Part shown: positions 29,501 to 37,100 of the stretch, piece after piece
How positions within the stretch are numbered: position 1 is the stretch's first letter
How the letters are laid out: each line of letters begins with the position of its first letter
From: an uncultured Gammaproteobacteria bacterium
GTDB lineage: Bacteria; Patescibacteriota; Patescibacteriia; 2-01-FULL-39-33
Assembly: GCA_964350585.1 (NCBI GenBank)
Contig: CAYGKC010000003.1
Location: forward strand, 4,678-68,677
Reading direction: 5' to 3'
Length of the DNA: 64,000 nucleotides
Position numbers and translations under genes: made by a program
The notes under the pieces: generated by a model
Databases searched by the model: none
What the model saw: only the letters and a program-made list of their open reading frames with translations
What the model was told of the DNA's origin: nothing

Positions 29501-29845
29501 TTTCATTTGTTTCTCAGCACCAACTTGTGTTGCAGCATCAGTACACTGCTTTTCAGCTTCTGCTAAAGCAGTTGTTCTAGCATGGCATTCAAAACCAACA
29601 AGTGGTACAGGTTCGCATGGAATCGCAGAAGCCAGTATAAGTGATTCGTTACATCTCAATATTAATTCTTCAACAGGAATAGCCCAAGCGTCTGGAAGAA
29701 ATGTCAAACTCTCATCAAACCTTGAAATTGCTAAATTTCTGCTTTTATCTAAAGCTTCAATAAAAGCCTTAGCATTATCAACAAAAATAAAACTAAAAAA
29801 AATAGTTAAAAATAAAGTTAAAATAATTTGATATCTTTTCATCAT
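20579..29845 (-). CDS. giant (3088 aa) secreted Cys-rich multi-domain surface protein with CBM-like beta-sandwich modules and C-terminal PKD-like domain
   Basis: Uninterrupted 9.27-kb ORF with signal peptide MMKRYQIILTLFLTIFFSFIFVDNAKA. Very many Cys residues. Recurring (N)GGFE/NGNFE motifs typical of CBM4/9/22-type modules (LRTFNGGFEQ, VPNGGFEDG, SNGNFES). C-terminal …YTINWGDGSEDS… resembles the PKD-domain WDFGDGS motif. No C-terminal TM. Confidence 0.6.
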   Translation of the reverse strand: MMKRYQIILTLFLTIFFSFIFVDNAKAFIEALDKSRNLAISRFDESLTFLPDAWAIPVEELILRCNESLILASAIPCEPVPLVGFECHARTTALAEAEKQCTDAATQVGAEKQMKQMIRDQKRREWWEAIKEEATKAMAGAFKVSLSTFSRQLAEDTATWVASGGKGQKPLFITEGWGAYLENAADSALGDFIDQVGQSYGVDLCRPNLSMRLAIQTSINYKVPRQVRCTFSTMMTNWNSAIQRADFSFEYNNSLQPGENDISTFLLIQGKSYEYVNKKVKEAEDEAAKAAKFKDLKDFAGKVLTPGTTVREALHKALVDPDNVGKKDNIYTGTIFDFVETFLNTLAAQLLNNFKNGLFKGSSDSSSGGSSGFALPNLSALLNPLASPQSEGATGAKERFSELKNYSFKEGGSYDILTKLALCSDSTRKNPGPTDCVIDQKLLSAIKEKKQLYEVLSDTLGIGERLFAPAVGNDNLDSELPLRSIIILRKYRIIPVGWEFAAIKANGSDRNYTLKEVAAGFENPDSIFYGLVNPYWTLKVPELFCRRQGYGGYNTTRDSPDGSIMRGEYCADEQQCLQQDIDNNCQAYGYCTEERRIWTFPTACEPRFNTCQTFSASDGKKQSYLMNTLDFGNCNSTNVGCRWYSMLLDTVNNVWRHLAPNVITRITSTSQTLTLEGKVVYKWHQISTDGMLRMSQPCTQSACDSTSSTNCTYNIIDGTCRFSSFGTPQVSCTSTPGSSGCYLELCIDNNDLLRTFNGGFEQKDEYDWIPAIWNFDNANYDMYNRFYRVAGEGRGTSSALRIIGNNAPVIAEDANTWVSLENIPLEKDKNYQLNFFVRGNYLSGSTGVLDNNGAIIVSIIRGEEKEEYQLYSFSAGWNEKIWYFNSGNFNTTTIKIRLKAGTTADVYFDDFTIKKIKDDCGANSIWLGNASNTASINATENEIYLTKNAPTCNSVSDGCSQFIRLKSGLGSNLVPNGGFEDGAGDGVDVWKKDSEHGRHVEFSRSNSIKNSGSHSLGIRCTLSADSCNADYAVVEVPRAENIINLKRGSKYALSGWVYIASSTVSNLGGGSVELFLLSPNNKIMSAGFDKSRINQWQKVQAVAVMAKDYRANEYDIRVISGLAETMVYFDDIKLEEINYNSELPSSFTEYNPSKRPAEQLTFLRKAPDYLNCYKKGNIWANSSNLYDILLNQNKLCSKYASVCTSDEVGCNIYKPVNGDPEVPGVAESIDLCPAECAGYQVYKQEKTYFVSSTFVQFIANNVPKYCSAAYAGCDEFTNLDELGRGAEQREYFVRIKACQKPSTDDGTYYTWEGEDTTGYQLKVYKLKRSNKDPSAPCTNISYNTSGIGICNDPDAVSHNLENGLCTKENMASNPDCRQFYDAGGNITYRLLSMTVTISDNCHPYRRTQTEKTLTEAEANCTKGWWNSATNECIYMAMKGEGIMCSASVSGCRAYTGNYGNNIRNVFPISQFSNENLEGWIGAVTSSEATYQGGYSIKNTGGQIKKEVAVHKNRTYMLSFWAKASSTGNFRFESIKFNSSTNPNDYFAVSSLKNDGDINLSMPEITGEWKYFEVGPVFVTWDQPEVENLVFNIGSEKVFLDNIQLKEMRDKVYLVENSWFTPFSCDNDLNDPAGKVNYAQSQTNSSAAYQICYDQNPGTDNHRCVPGNMLGCKAYKTQDGLSAYLKSFANLCRKEAAGCEELIDTHNYDKYQGFIFNPDNSKGYNDQITVRPYEKAYLVNSPAYSCGLQDKGCMALGLPKINQYDEVLGYSTVFLKNDPDRYATDLCAADEVWCEQFAGNNSLYYFKNPRKLCEFRGAGDLAAGWYKKGTDEACMITPDQTFGTGYESVRNKYQPIGPINNLTGSSTIFVINNYSNIKYNGWVGLCQDNKNGCSEYIDPITEIYPNLNYKSSSTLVIESNYLYSSSGGFVTTTAASAFCNIYHPLGNVTTTFYVKAKDDNVKTCKINLSSTSTVVTRAGVYYALSTNVNRSGCNGLVDYKTGCVLFNERSSINYSYDSDSNDELIKERNKYLIFNSSKTYSDYIGNKQQPLKASTDEPKDTSVLLKVLPDRTCKNWLYCTTYKKDSDSTTSTAADFRFQSQDSCLRVGLCEKMDYDDRTCDSFTQKNNEPITTNSSNFQFLTGYSVPNYLSFAEMTQEGQSASVSNGNFESTVSASAEPLGWTMSASSSDLDASGWGPDKYAIERNYLYRKQDAGYLRLHGPNELESEPIDVEKGQEYYLSAWLNTLDLLSTTSAEIWVFEGSECSNQRPGRVISMREGINWTKKTLKFTPSTSTICLKLINFNNSLDQKECNDLLDDKKYNINYGTACRISGSSLFDDISLKPVLNPVPKVSQLNAFTGLTDILTKEESTISRSCRIYPDQNAMSCQYSEDGRFYYGWYGYCLAWDPKNPQVCLQWWPVDEIKGDIVDEYSGGYRERSPLYYCVSTTKETIRVYVETTKVTSGGMGQMLNNLAPGLNLNVLGGETAQYSVFESENSDLINASALFRYPFISKPETNALNKLSTLFSEVLSGFTLGGKPQNRNTFHYAGIVLGVGGNLDGFGLGGGIANVHMGRNNVSHFGADGQDPLGIIFDLLGLNNLENTICSSFLKFLLGDKCETYNGGELEPRIGNLTDNSRWGGWGLAATSWFGGDGAGTALLFPESWDNVENKIMSGGSGDGGGDLIGQIMSMAGLDAGGTGTSLGAKVVTDQDPKYASYFTDPNPSVPGDILGLAWNVKAGGIVLGLLMTGSAYSEFDIHYCNKIVQVATPSGKNKAWVDRLSSGSQFAFSTTTDKYPQFTNPYCLKGLNDGVTAACTNSAINGSTTCREKGNTWDEITGKCYYENMIYSNLGYKFDGYGADYKPFGSLVAPSNNFQNPILWDSRRTDDDYTKQPILWETPNFKTEAPYQPRTGQPVKEEALKNLFAQSYGVWVWKEDNNRWDQGSYDEVKGANWSLPNEYCSGLNPGDRDVNWRFINTALGVPCKIKPLITNIKVSTSSQTLRLSFNVKVDKDQLPLTSYTINWGDGSEDSVAGVKLRQRIDENNPFVMYHYYNPNEMSPNPATITITVKDNWNASASSTISSSLIEAGY

Positions 29846-30724
29846 TTAATTATTTCCCAGTTTATCTAAAAACATCTTTTTAATTTCTTCATCTGAAATC
29901 TCATTTATAACTCCGGCAGGCGCTCCGTTTTGTATCATTAATGATTTTATTTGCGCTCCGGTTAAATTATTTAAGTCATCCATTGAATTAATTTGCAGTT
30001 TGGAAATATCAATTTCTCCAGGCACTATATATCCTTGGCTAGAATCACCGCCAACAACCGTTGTGCCAGCCTGCGCAGAAATATTTGCCAACTCGGGATC
30101 TTCCGCAAGCATTTCTTGAAATAGTTGTATTAAATCACTGTCAGTTAACTCATCAAGATCACTTTGACTGACACCTGCAGTAAGTAAAACTTCTCTAATC
30201 ATTTGAGGAGTAACAACCGGAGCGCCAGTTTCAGGCATTTGTCCAAAAATCGGCACATTTGCAGTTCCTGTAGAATTACCGAAATTAAAGCCCCCAGTGC
30301 ACTGCTGGCCCTGCGGACAATTCGGATCAGTGCCTGCAGTAACTTCATTGGCGTCGTTTATTCCGTCGCCATCAGTATCCTCTAGAAACGGACTAGTGCC
30401 GTAAACAGTAGTTTCGTGATAATCAGAAAGGCCGTCGCCATCAGTATCGGTAACTGTATCAATTGCCATTGTCTGGCTCTGTTCAATAGGATTTTTATCC
30501 AAAAAAGAAAAAGGATTTCTTATTCCATTTACTATTTCGTAAAAACCGAGACCGAAGGCGAATATGCCGACAATTACAATAACAATAATATTAAGCCTTT
30601 GCTTATTATTGCCGGCTGTTTCCTTCTTTGGGATGTTTTCAACGCCACTTTCAGCATTTATGCCATCATAAAAATCCCCTTGTGCGGGTAAATTCTCAAA
30701 GTCATTTTGATTGCCACCTTCCAT
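29846..30724 (-). CDS. membrane-anchored protein with thrombospondin-type-3/dockerin-like Ca2+-binding Asp-rich repeats
   Basis: TM IIVIVIVGIFAFGLGFY. Repeats DTDGDGLSDYHE… and DTDGDGINDANE… follow the DxDxDG calcium-binding pattern. First gene of the operon; its stop abuts the giant ORF start. Confidence 0.5.
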   Translation of the reverse strand: MEGGNQNDFENLPAQGDFYDGINAESGVENIPKKETAGNNKQRLNIIVIVIVGIFAFGLGFYEIVNGIRNPFSFLDKNPIEQSQTMAIDTVTDTDGDGLSDYHETTVYGTSPFLEDTDGDGINDANEVTAGTDPNCPQGQQCTGGFNFGNSTGTANVPIFGQMPETGAPVVTPQMIREVLLTAGVSQSDLDELTDSDLIQLFQEMLAEDPELANISAQAGTTVVGGDSSQGYIVPGEIDISKLQINSMDDLNNLTGAQIKSLMIQNGAPAGVINEISDEEIKKMFLDKLGNN

Positions 30725-30744
30725 GAGCTGTGGATAATTTATAT

Positions 30745-30795
30745 ACTAAAATTATAACACAATAAAAGAAAAATTTCTATTATATTAGAACATAA
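30745..30795 (-). promoter_or_regulatory. candidate sigma70-type promoter (extended -10 TGnTATAAT) for the 30724→10585 operon
   Basis: On the minus strand, tgtTATAAT (plus 30751-30759) lies ~30 nt upstream of the ATG at 30724, in an AT-rich 155-nt intergenic region. Found by eye only. Confidence 0.25.
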
Positions 30796-30879
30796 AACAT
30801 ATAAAATTATAAAATGCGATTGACTAAAAATTTAATTTTTAAAAAAGAGACCTATGTTTATATTTCTTTTAAAAAATCA

Positions 30880-31719
30880 TTATAAAATTTTAGATTTTTT
30901 TAATCCTTGAGTCAGTTTTATCCAATCTATGACTGAAAGATCCTGCGCCCTGACTTTTTCATCAAATCCTTCTCCTGTAATTATCTCTTTTGCCTTTTCG
31001 CTATTGATTTTTAGACCTGCTGAGAAATTGTTATGCAATTGTTTTCTTTTGGAAGAAAATCCCATCCTGGCTATTTTAAAAAGCGTCGATTCATCTATTT
31101 TTTCATCTAAATTTGAAAATAATTTTAATTTAATAACCGCTGAATCCACGTCAGGAATCGGCCAAAAACTGTTTCTGCTGACAAAAAATAATATTTCTGG
31201 TTGACTATAGAACTGGCAAGACAATGACAACAAGCTCATATCTCCGGCCTTGGCGACAATCCTTTTGGCAACTTCTTTCTGCACCATCAAAATCATTTCG
31301 CTTGGCTTCGGTTCCTGCTCAAGCGACAGTCTCAAAAATTTTGAAGTGATATTATACGGCAAATTTGAAACTACTTTATATTTGAAATTATTCAGTCCCG
31401 CTTCTTTCTTATTAAGGCGCAAAATATCTTCCCCGATAATTTCTAATTTTTTTTCAGCTAAAAATTGGACCCTCAAAAATTCCAATATTTTTTTATCCAC
31501 TTCAACGGCAACAACTTTTTTTGCCGCCTTAATCAGATCTTCCGTAAGCACTCCCACTCCCGGTCCGACCTCTACCACTGTTTCATCTTTTTTTATTTCC
31601 GCAGCATCAATAATTTTTTTGACAATATTTTGATCAATTAAAAAGTTCTGCCCCTTCGACTTTGAAGGAGTAATATCGTACTTGGAACAGATTTCTTTGA
31701 TTTGATTTAAGTTAGGCAT
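30880..31719 (-). CDS. rsmA: 16S rRNA (adenine1518/1519-N6)-dimethyltransferase RsmA/KsgA
   Basis: KGQNFLID, SAM-binding VVEVGPGVGVLT, and VVSNLPYNIT motifs. Confidence 0.85.
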   Translation of the reverse strand: MPNLNQIKEICSKYDITPSKSKGQNFLIDQNIVKKIIDAAEIKKDETVVEVGPGVGVLTEDLIKAAKKVVAVEVDKKILEFLRVQFLAEKKLEIIGEDILRLNKKEAGLNNFKYKVVSNLPYNITSKFLRLSLEQEPKPSEMILMVQKEVAKRIVAKAGDMSLLSLSCQFYSQPEILFFVSRNSFWPIPDVDSAVIKLKLFSNLDEKIDESTLFKIARMGFSSKRKQLHNNFSAGLKINSEKAKEIITGEGFDEKVRAQDLSVIDWIKLTQGLKKSKIL

Positions 31720-32914
31720 TAATTTTTTCCAATTTAAATAATAAATATAACAATCCCATTAATCCTCCAAGAATAAATAAGGCGTTCCAGGAAGGTCCAA
31801 ATACAAAAAGTAAAATTATTGCCATAATCATGGCTACTATTTTTCCGATAATAAGCGCCATTTCAAAAAACAAGATCTCTTCCATTTCATCTCCTTTATT
31901 CGCTTCCTTATAAATTTGCGCGACAATGGGAAGAACAATTGATTGCTTGGTGAGCCTTGAATAACTGTCAACAAAAAATATTCCAATAATATTGCGTGAA
32001 AAAAGCCTAAACATCCAGCCAAAAAAGTACAAAACCGAACCGAACTTCAAAATTTTGGCCGGTCCCTTGCTGTCACTAAGTTTGCCGATATATAAAAAAG
32101 CAAGGGTCATTATCATTGTTGCAACTGCAGTTAGTGATCCAAGCTTTAAAAAATCATCAACTATTAAATACATAAAAATCGGCCAAAGAGTCAAAACAAT
32201 AAAGTCTTCACCGAAACCGCAATATGAAAAAAATCTCCGTAAATTTTTTTTGGCGAATAATTTTTTAAAGGTGCCTATATAAGAAAAAGACTCGACAATA
32301 AAAAATTCTTTGGTGATAATCATAGGGATATTCGATAACACCATAATTATTGCCGCTAAAACGAATAATGATTTAAACCCCAAAAATTCCACAAGCACTC
32401 CACCAAAAAAAGACCCTGCAATAAAAACGAAAGATTGCAAAATTGACAAGTTGCTTAACTCTCTTCCTTGTTCTCCATCAACTGAAAATTTAGAAAAATT
32501 GGAATGATAAGCCGGCCAATAAAGAATTTTCCATAAAACATAATTTATGACAGACAAAACTAAGAACCATGGACTAAAATTTATGGCAAAAAGTGAAAAG
32601 TAAAATAGCGCTGTAAAAACGCAGCCAAGCGCAATCGTATATTCATAGCCTAGCCTCTTTGCGATTTTGCCACCTAATGGCACCATAAAAAAATAAGCGA
32701 CATAGACTGCCAAATAAAAAAACAAGACCCCCAACAACGAATCCCTCAAATTATATCTTTGAGCAAAAAACAGATACAAAAAAACAGGCTCAAATATAGC
32801 CACCATTGATAAGGCAAAATTAAGAATTATTGTCGAAGCGTAAAGCTCTCTTATTTGCCTTTGAATTTGGCAAGGGAAAAATGAAGTGATGTAGGCTAAT
32901 ATTTTTGCAAACAT
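31712..32914 (-). CDS. polytopic membrane transporter, MFS-like
   Basis: ORF of 400 aa with ~12 hydrophobic helices. Its 3' end overlaps the rsmA start by 8 nt. Confidence 0.45.
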   Translation of the reverse strand: MFAKILAYITSFFPCQIQRQIRELYASTIILNFALSMVAIFEPVFLYLFFAQRYNLRDSLLGVLFFYLAVYVAYFFMVPLGGKIAKRLGYEYTIALGCVFTALFYFSLFAINFSPWFLVLSVINYVLWKILYWPAYHSNFSKFSVDGEQGRELSNLSILQSFVFIAGSFFGGVLVEFLGFKSLFVLAAIIMVLSNIPMIITKEFFIVESFSYIGTFKKLFAKKNLRRFFSYCGFGEDFIVLTLWPIFMYLIVDDFLKLGSLTAVATMIMTLAFLYIGKLSDSKGPAKILKFGSVLYFFGWMFRLFSRNIIGIFFVDSYSRLTKQSIVLPIVAQIYKEANKGDEMEEILFFEMALIIGKIVAMIMAIILLFVFGPSWNALFILGGLMGLLYLLFKLEKINA

Positions 32915-32916
32915 TA

Positions 32917-33939
32917 TTATTTGGCTTTCTTATTTTTATACTTTGCGAATTTCTTTCTTTTTATAATTCTATATAAAAGGTATAACAAATGATCCACTGA
33001 CATATCCCATGCCCCAACATACTCCGTTAATTCTTTTTCGGGTGCAAAGCCCGTTTTAAATCTCGTTACTCCCGGCCATTTATTTTCATTTGCTCCCCAA
33101 AAATCATAAAATTCGCACCACCTTGACTTTGCCCAAGCTATGCTTTCCCACTGAAGAAGATAAGGCGCCATTTTATCTCGATAACCATAATCCGATGCGC
33201 CATGAAGATAAACGCACCACTTGCCACTTTTGGCAACCAAATTTGCCGCAATCACCTTTTGTTCATATTTGGCAACAAACAATTTTATTTTCCCTCCCTC
33301 ACCAAGGACTTTGAGCATTTGTCTGTAATATTTTTTACTATGTACCTGTATCTTGTCTCTTTTGGCCGTAAGTTGCATCAGCCTCCAAAAGTCTTCAAAA
33401 TAATTTTCTCCCTCATCAACTGCAACGCAATGTTTCTGCGCCACCTTGATATTATATCTTGTTTTGGCTTTCATTTGCGCCAGGATTTCAGCCTCGCTTT
33501 TAGTCAGATCCAAAATTAAAGTGCTCTGGGGCTGGACTTCTCCCGCACTTTCCAGACCTAAATTCTTTAAAATTGTTTTTTTACCATCATCTACTAAAGG
33601 CGGATCCATCCGCACGAAAAGTACCCGCTTTTTTTTTGCCAGTTTATTAATTTCGAGAAGTAGTTTTTTAAATTCCAGTGATAAAATATCATTGACAATA
33701 GGACCTCTTGGAATGTACAGATACTTTTTTTTCAATGGCAACTTATAAATTATACCCTGCGCGCCTGACTTAATGTTGCCACTTTCATCAACTAAGGCAA
33801 TTCTAAAAACTTTACGTCCGATTGATTCCTGGAAAATTCCCCAATCCCAACTTTGAAGCAATCCCCCATCACAGGAATTTTCGGAAATAAAATTCTCCCA
33901 TTTTGCCTTCCATGAGTTGTCGCAAATTATTGCTTTCAT
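32917..33939 (-). CDS. FemAB-family peptidoglycan interpeptide-bridge aminoacyltransferase (FemX-like)
   Basis: Two GNAT-like halves. C-terminal …YLHGASDYGYRDKMAPYLLQWESIAWAK…YDFWG matches the FemABX (PF02388) conserved core. Confidence 0.65.
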   Translation of the reverse strand: MKAIICDNSWKAKWENFISENSCDGGLLQSWDWGIFQESIGRKVFRIALVDESGNIKSGAQGIIYKLPLKKKYLYIPRGPIVNDILSLEFKKLLLEINKLAKKKRVLFVRMDPPLVDDGKKTILKNLGLESAGEVQPQSTLILDLTKSEAEILAQMKAKTRYNIKVAQKHCVAVDEGENYFEDFWRLMQLTAKRDKIQVHSKKYYRQMLKVLGEGGKIKLFVAKYEQKVIAANLVAKSGKWCVYLHGASDYGYRDKMAPYLLQWESIAWAKSRWCEFYDFWGANENKWPGVTRFKTGFAPEKELTEYVGAWDMSVDHLLYLLYRIIKRKKFAKYKNKKAK

Positions 33940-34125
33940 TAAATTATTCCTAAATATTTTATTAATTATAACAAAAATATAGCCATTAAAAAAGCCGCCT
34001 TTGTATATAGATCTCCGGCGGCCAATTTACCTTTTCAGCAAGATTAAACATTCTCGCCAATTATTATAAAGAGTAATTATATGCCAAAATTTATCAATTT
34101 TTTAATGTCTAATTTAAGCCAATTT

Positions 34126-34154
34126 TCAATGCTTCAGACAGTCTGAAGCATTGA
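34126..34154. terminator. 29-nt perfect palindrome TCAATGCTTCAGAC-A-GTCTGAAGCATTGA, likely leuS terminator hairpin (copy 1 of 2)
   Basis: Perfect 14-bp stem with 1-nt centre, 4 nt downstream of the leuS stop. Identical 29-mer at 61954..61982. Confidence 0.55.
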
Positions 34155-34157
34155 ATT

Positions 34158-37100
34158 TTAAATGACAAAACTGATCAGTTTATTGGGAACAAAAATCGTC
34201 TTTTTTATTTGAGAGTTTTCTAGATATTTTTTTACATTCGGCTCATTTTTGGCGGCTTCTACGGCTTGAGCTTCTGCTGTTCCGGCAGGAAGACTTACCT
34301 TTCCCCTGACTTTGCCGTTTATCTGCACCACTATCTCAACCTTTTCGTCTTTTATTTTACTTTCATCGTAGCTTGGCCAAGACTCTTTAAATATGCTTTC
34401 TTTATTTCCCAGCTTTGACCATAATTCTTCCGCCATATGAGGGGCAAAGGGTGAAAGGATGATGAGAAATTTTTGATAGAATTCTTTTGAGACTGATTCT
34501 GCAAACTTATTTACTAGAATCATCATCGCAGAAATTGCGGTATTAAATCTCATGCTCTCAATATCTTCACCGACTTTTTTTATGGTTTTATTTAATAAAA
34601 TATCTAAACCATTATCAGATTGGATTCCCGCCTGCCTGCGCAGGCAGGCCTTCGCGGGAATAACAGTAGCAGGGTCATTACCCATATTCCAAACTTTTTC
34701 CAAAAATCTATCAATACCAACTATGCCTTTTGTGTTCCACGGTTTTACATCTTCAAGCGGGCCCATAAACATTTCATACATTCTAAAAGCATCTGCGCCA
34801 TGTTCAGCTACCACTTCATCAGGATTAACAACATTGCCCCTGGACTTTGACATTTTTTCACTGTCTTCGCCAAGGATCAATCCTTGATTAACAAGTTTTG
34901 CAAACGGCTCTTCCTGCGGAACATATCCCAAATCAAATAAAACCATATTCCAAAACCTGGCATATAGAAGATGAAGAACGGCATGTTCCGCGCCTCCGAC
35001 ATAAACATCCACCGGCAACCAATATTTTAATTTTTCAAGATCGGCAAAGGCATTTTTATTTTGCGGATCAAGATATCTAAGCCAATACCAAGATGAGCCA
35101 GCCCATTGAGGCATGGTGTTTGTTTCTCTTTTGGCATCACCTCCGCAATAAGGACATTTTATCTCAACCCACTCTTTTATATTGGCAAGCGGAGACTCGC
35201 CTGTTCCGGATGGTTCAAATTTATCAACTTCCGGCAAAGTCAAAGGCAATTCATTTTCGGATACTGGAAACCAGCCGTTACTTCGATTTTGTAAAATCAA
35301 ATGGAGTATTTCGGGAATTTCTTTTTCCTGAAAATGTCCAAAGCCCTGCCATAATTCCTTACTCCAGCCGGCTGGCAGAATTTCTTTAGTTTCCATGAAA
35401 ATATAAGGATCATCTTCAGAAAAAATTACGTTTTTACGCTTCACCAATTCGCTAACCTTATTCCAATCTGTCTTTTGGGCTGAAAAATTTTTAAGTGATT
35501 CAATGTCTGATCCAGCCCATTTCTCTTTTAAAGCATCGTAATCTTCATCAGAACTTTTATCCAAAACGGGCGCCACCAATATTAATTGGCCTATTTTCTT
35601 ATTATTTTTTTGGATTAAATTAAGTGCCGCCTTAGCTCCCAAACTATGTCCAATAATTATATCGTTTTCATCCATTTGTTCTATATAAGGATTTAATTCT
35701 TCAATCCATTTTTCCAAAACAGGATGTTGCGCTGTAGTCATTGTGGGATTAAAAACTTCAAAACCCTGCTGCTGCAACTTTTCTTTCAGCCAAGAAAACC
35801 AATTACCGTCACCGTTTCCTTCAAAACCATGAATCATTAAAACTTTTCGTTTTTTGTTTTTGCATTTTTCACAATATATCAAAGGAATCGGCTCGCCCCA
35901 ATATCTTTGCCTGGAAAAAACCCAGTCACGTAATTTATAATTAACCGCCTTTTTACCATGACCATTTTCTTCAAGCCATGCAGTCATTTTGCCAATTACT
36001 TCCGATGGTTTTAAGCCGTTTAAAAATTCTGAATTAATCATTACGCCATTATCAATATCGGTGAAAGCCTTTTCGCCTTTTACTAACTCATCCCAATACC
36101 ATTTATGGCTTGGCAAATTAATAAATTCAGATATTTTATTTTTTGCTATCCATTCGCCTTGATGGTGTTCAACATCAATATCATTTGATCTCTTTCCATC
36201 TTGCAACTCAATATAAAAACATAATGATTCAGCATATCGATTAATACCTTTATGTTCGGCATAATAATTATTATGCGTCTCTACGCTTATTTGCTTTATT
36301 GATTTAATATTTTCATAACCAGTTTCTTCTTTTGTTTCTCTTACTGCAGCTTCCTCCGCAGTTTCTCCCTCTTCTATTCCACCCATTACAAATGATCTCC
36401 AATTGTGTTCTTGCCAATCCAAACAATAATAAGAATCATCCTGCCAGTGTTTAACAATAACATAAACGCTTTTTCTTCTAACTGTTTCTTTTTCCGGTTT
36501 GATTTTATCCTTATCCATTATGGCACCAAAAAGTGGCGCTACAACTTGTACTATTTCCAAACCAAACTTCTTGGCGAATTCCCAGTCTCTTTCGTCATGA
36601 GCCGGCACAGCCATAATTGCTCCGGTCCCATAAGAAGCCAGGACATAATCAGAAATCCAAATCCGAATCTCTTTTCCATTTACGGGATTAACCGCCTTGA
36701 TGCCTTTTAATTCAACTCCTGTTTTATCTTTTGCCAAATCAGTCCTTTCCAAATCGGATTTATTTTTTGCCTGAACAATATATTTGTTCACCTCATCAAA
36801 ATTTTTAATTTTATCTTTTAAATTCTGAATCAATTCATGCTCCGGCGAAAGCACCATATAAGTGGCGCCAAATAAAGTATCAGGACGCGTTGTATAGACA
36901 CGAATTGTCATCTCGGGCTTGCCTGATTCAGAATTCTGGATTCCCGCCTTCGCGGGAATGACAGAAGAATCTGCTGATGCCATAGAATCATTCGCTCCGC
37001 TTTCAACGACTGCAAAATCGACTTCAGCTCCCTCGCTTCTGCCGATCCAATTCCTTTGTTGGGATTTGATTGATTCCGGCCAGTCTAACTTATCCAATCC

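Noticed and set aside
20579-29845. Many short antisense ORFs (60-80 aa) listed inside the giant gene and other long genes
   Set aside because: They overlap long, motif-supported ORFs on the opposite strand and lack start context or any motif. They are spurious.
30820-30870. Plus-strand TTGACT…TATGTT promoter-like match upstream of rsmA region
   Set aside because: The spacing between the -35-like and -10-like hexamers is ~27 nt, far from the 16-18 nt optimum. In addition, no plus-strand gene follows, since rsmA is on the minus strand.
35286-36480. Possible inteins in LeuRS
   Set aside because: The inserted segments lack an N-terminal Cys/Ser, the C-terminal His-Asn + Cys/Ser/Thr junction, and any homing-endonuclease motifs. 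They are complete Nudix and alpha/beta-hydrolase enzyme folds instead.
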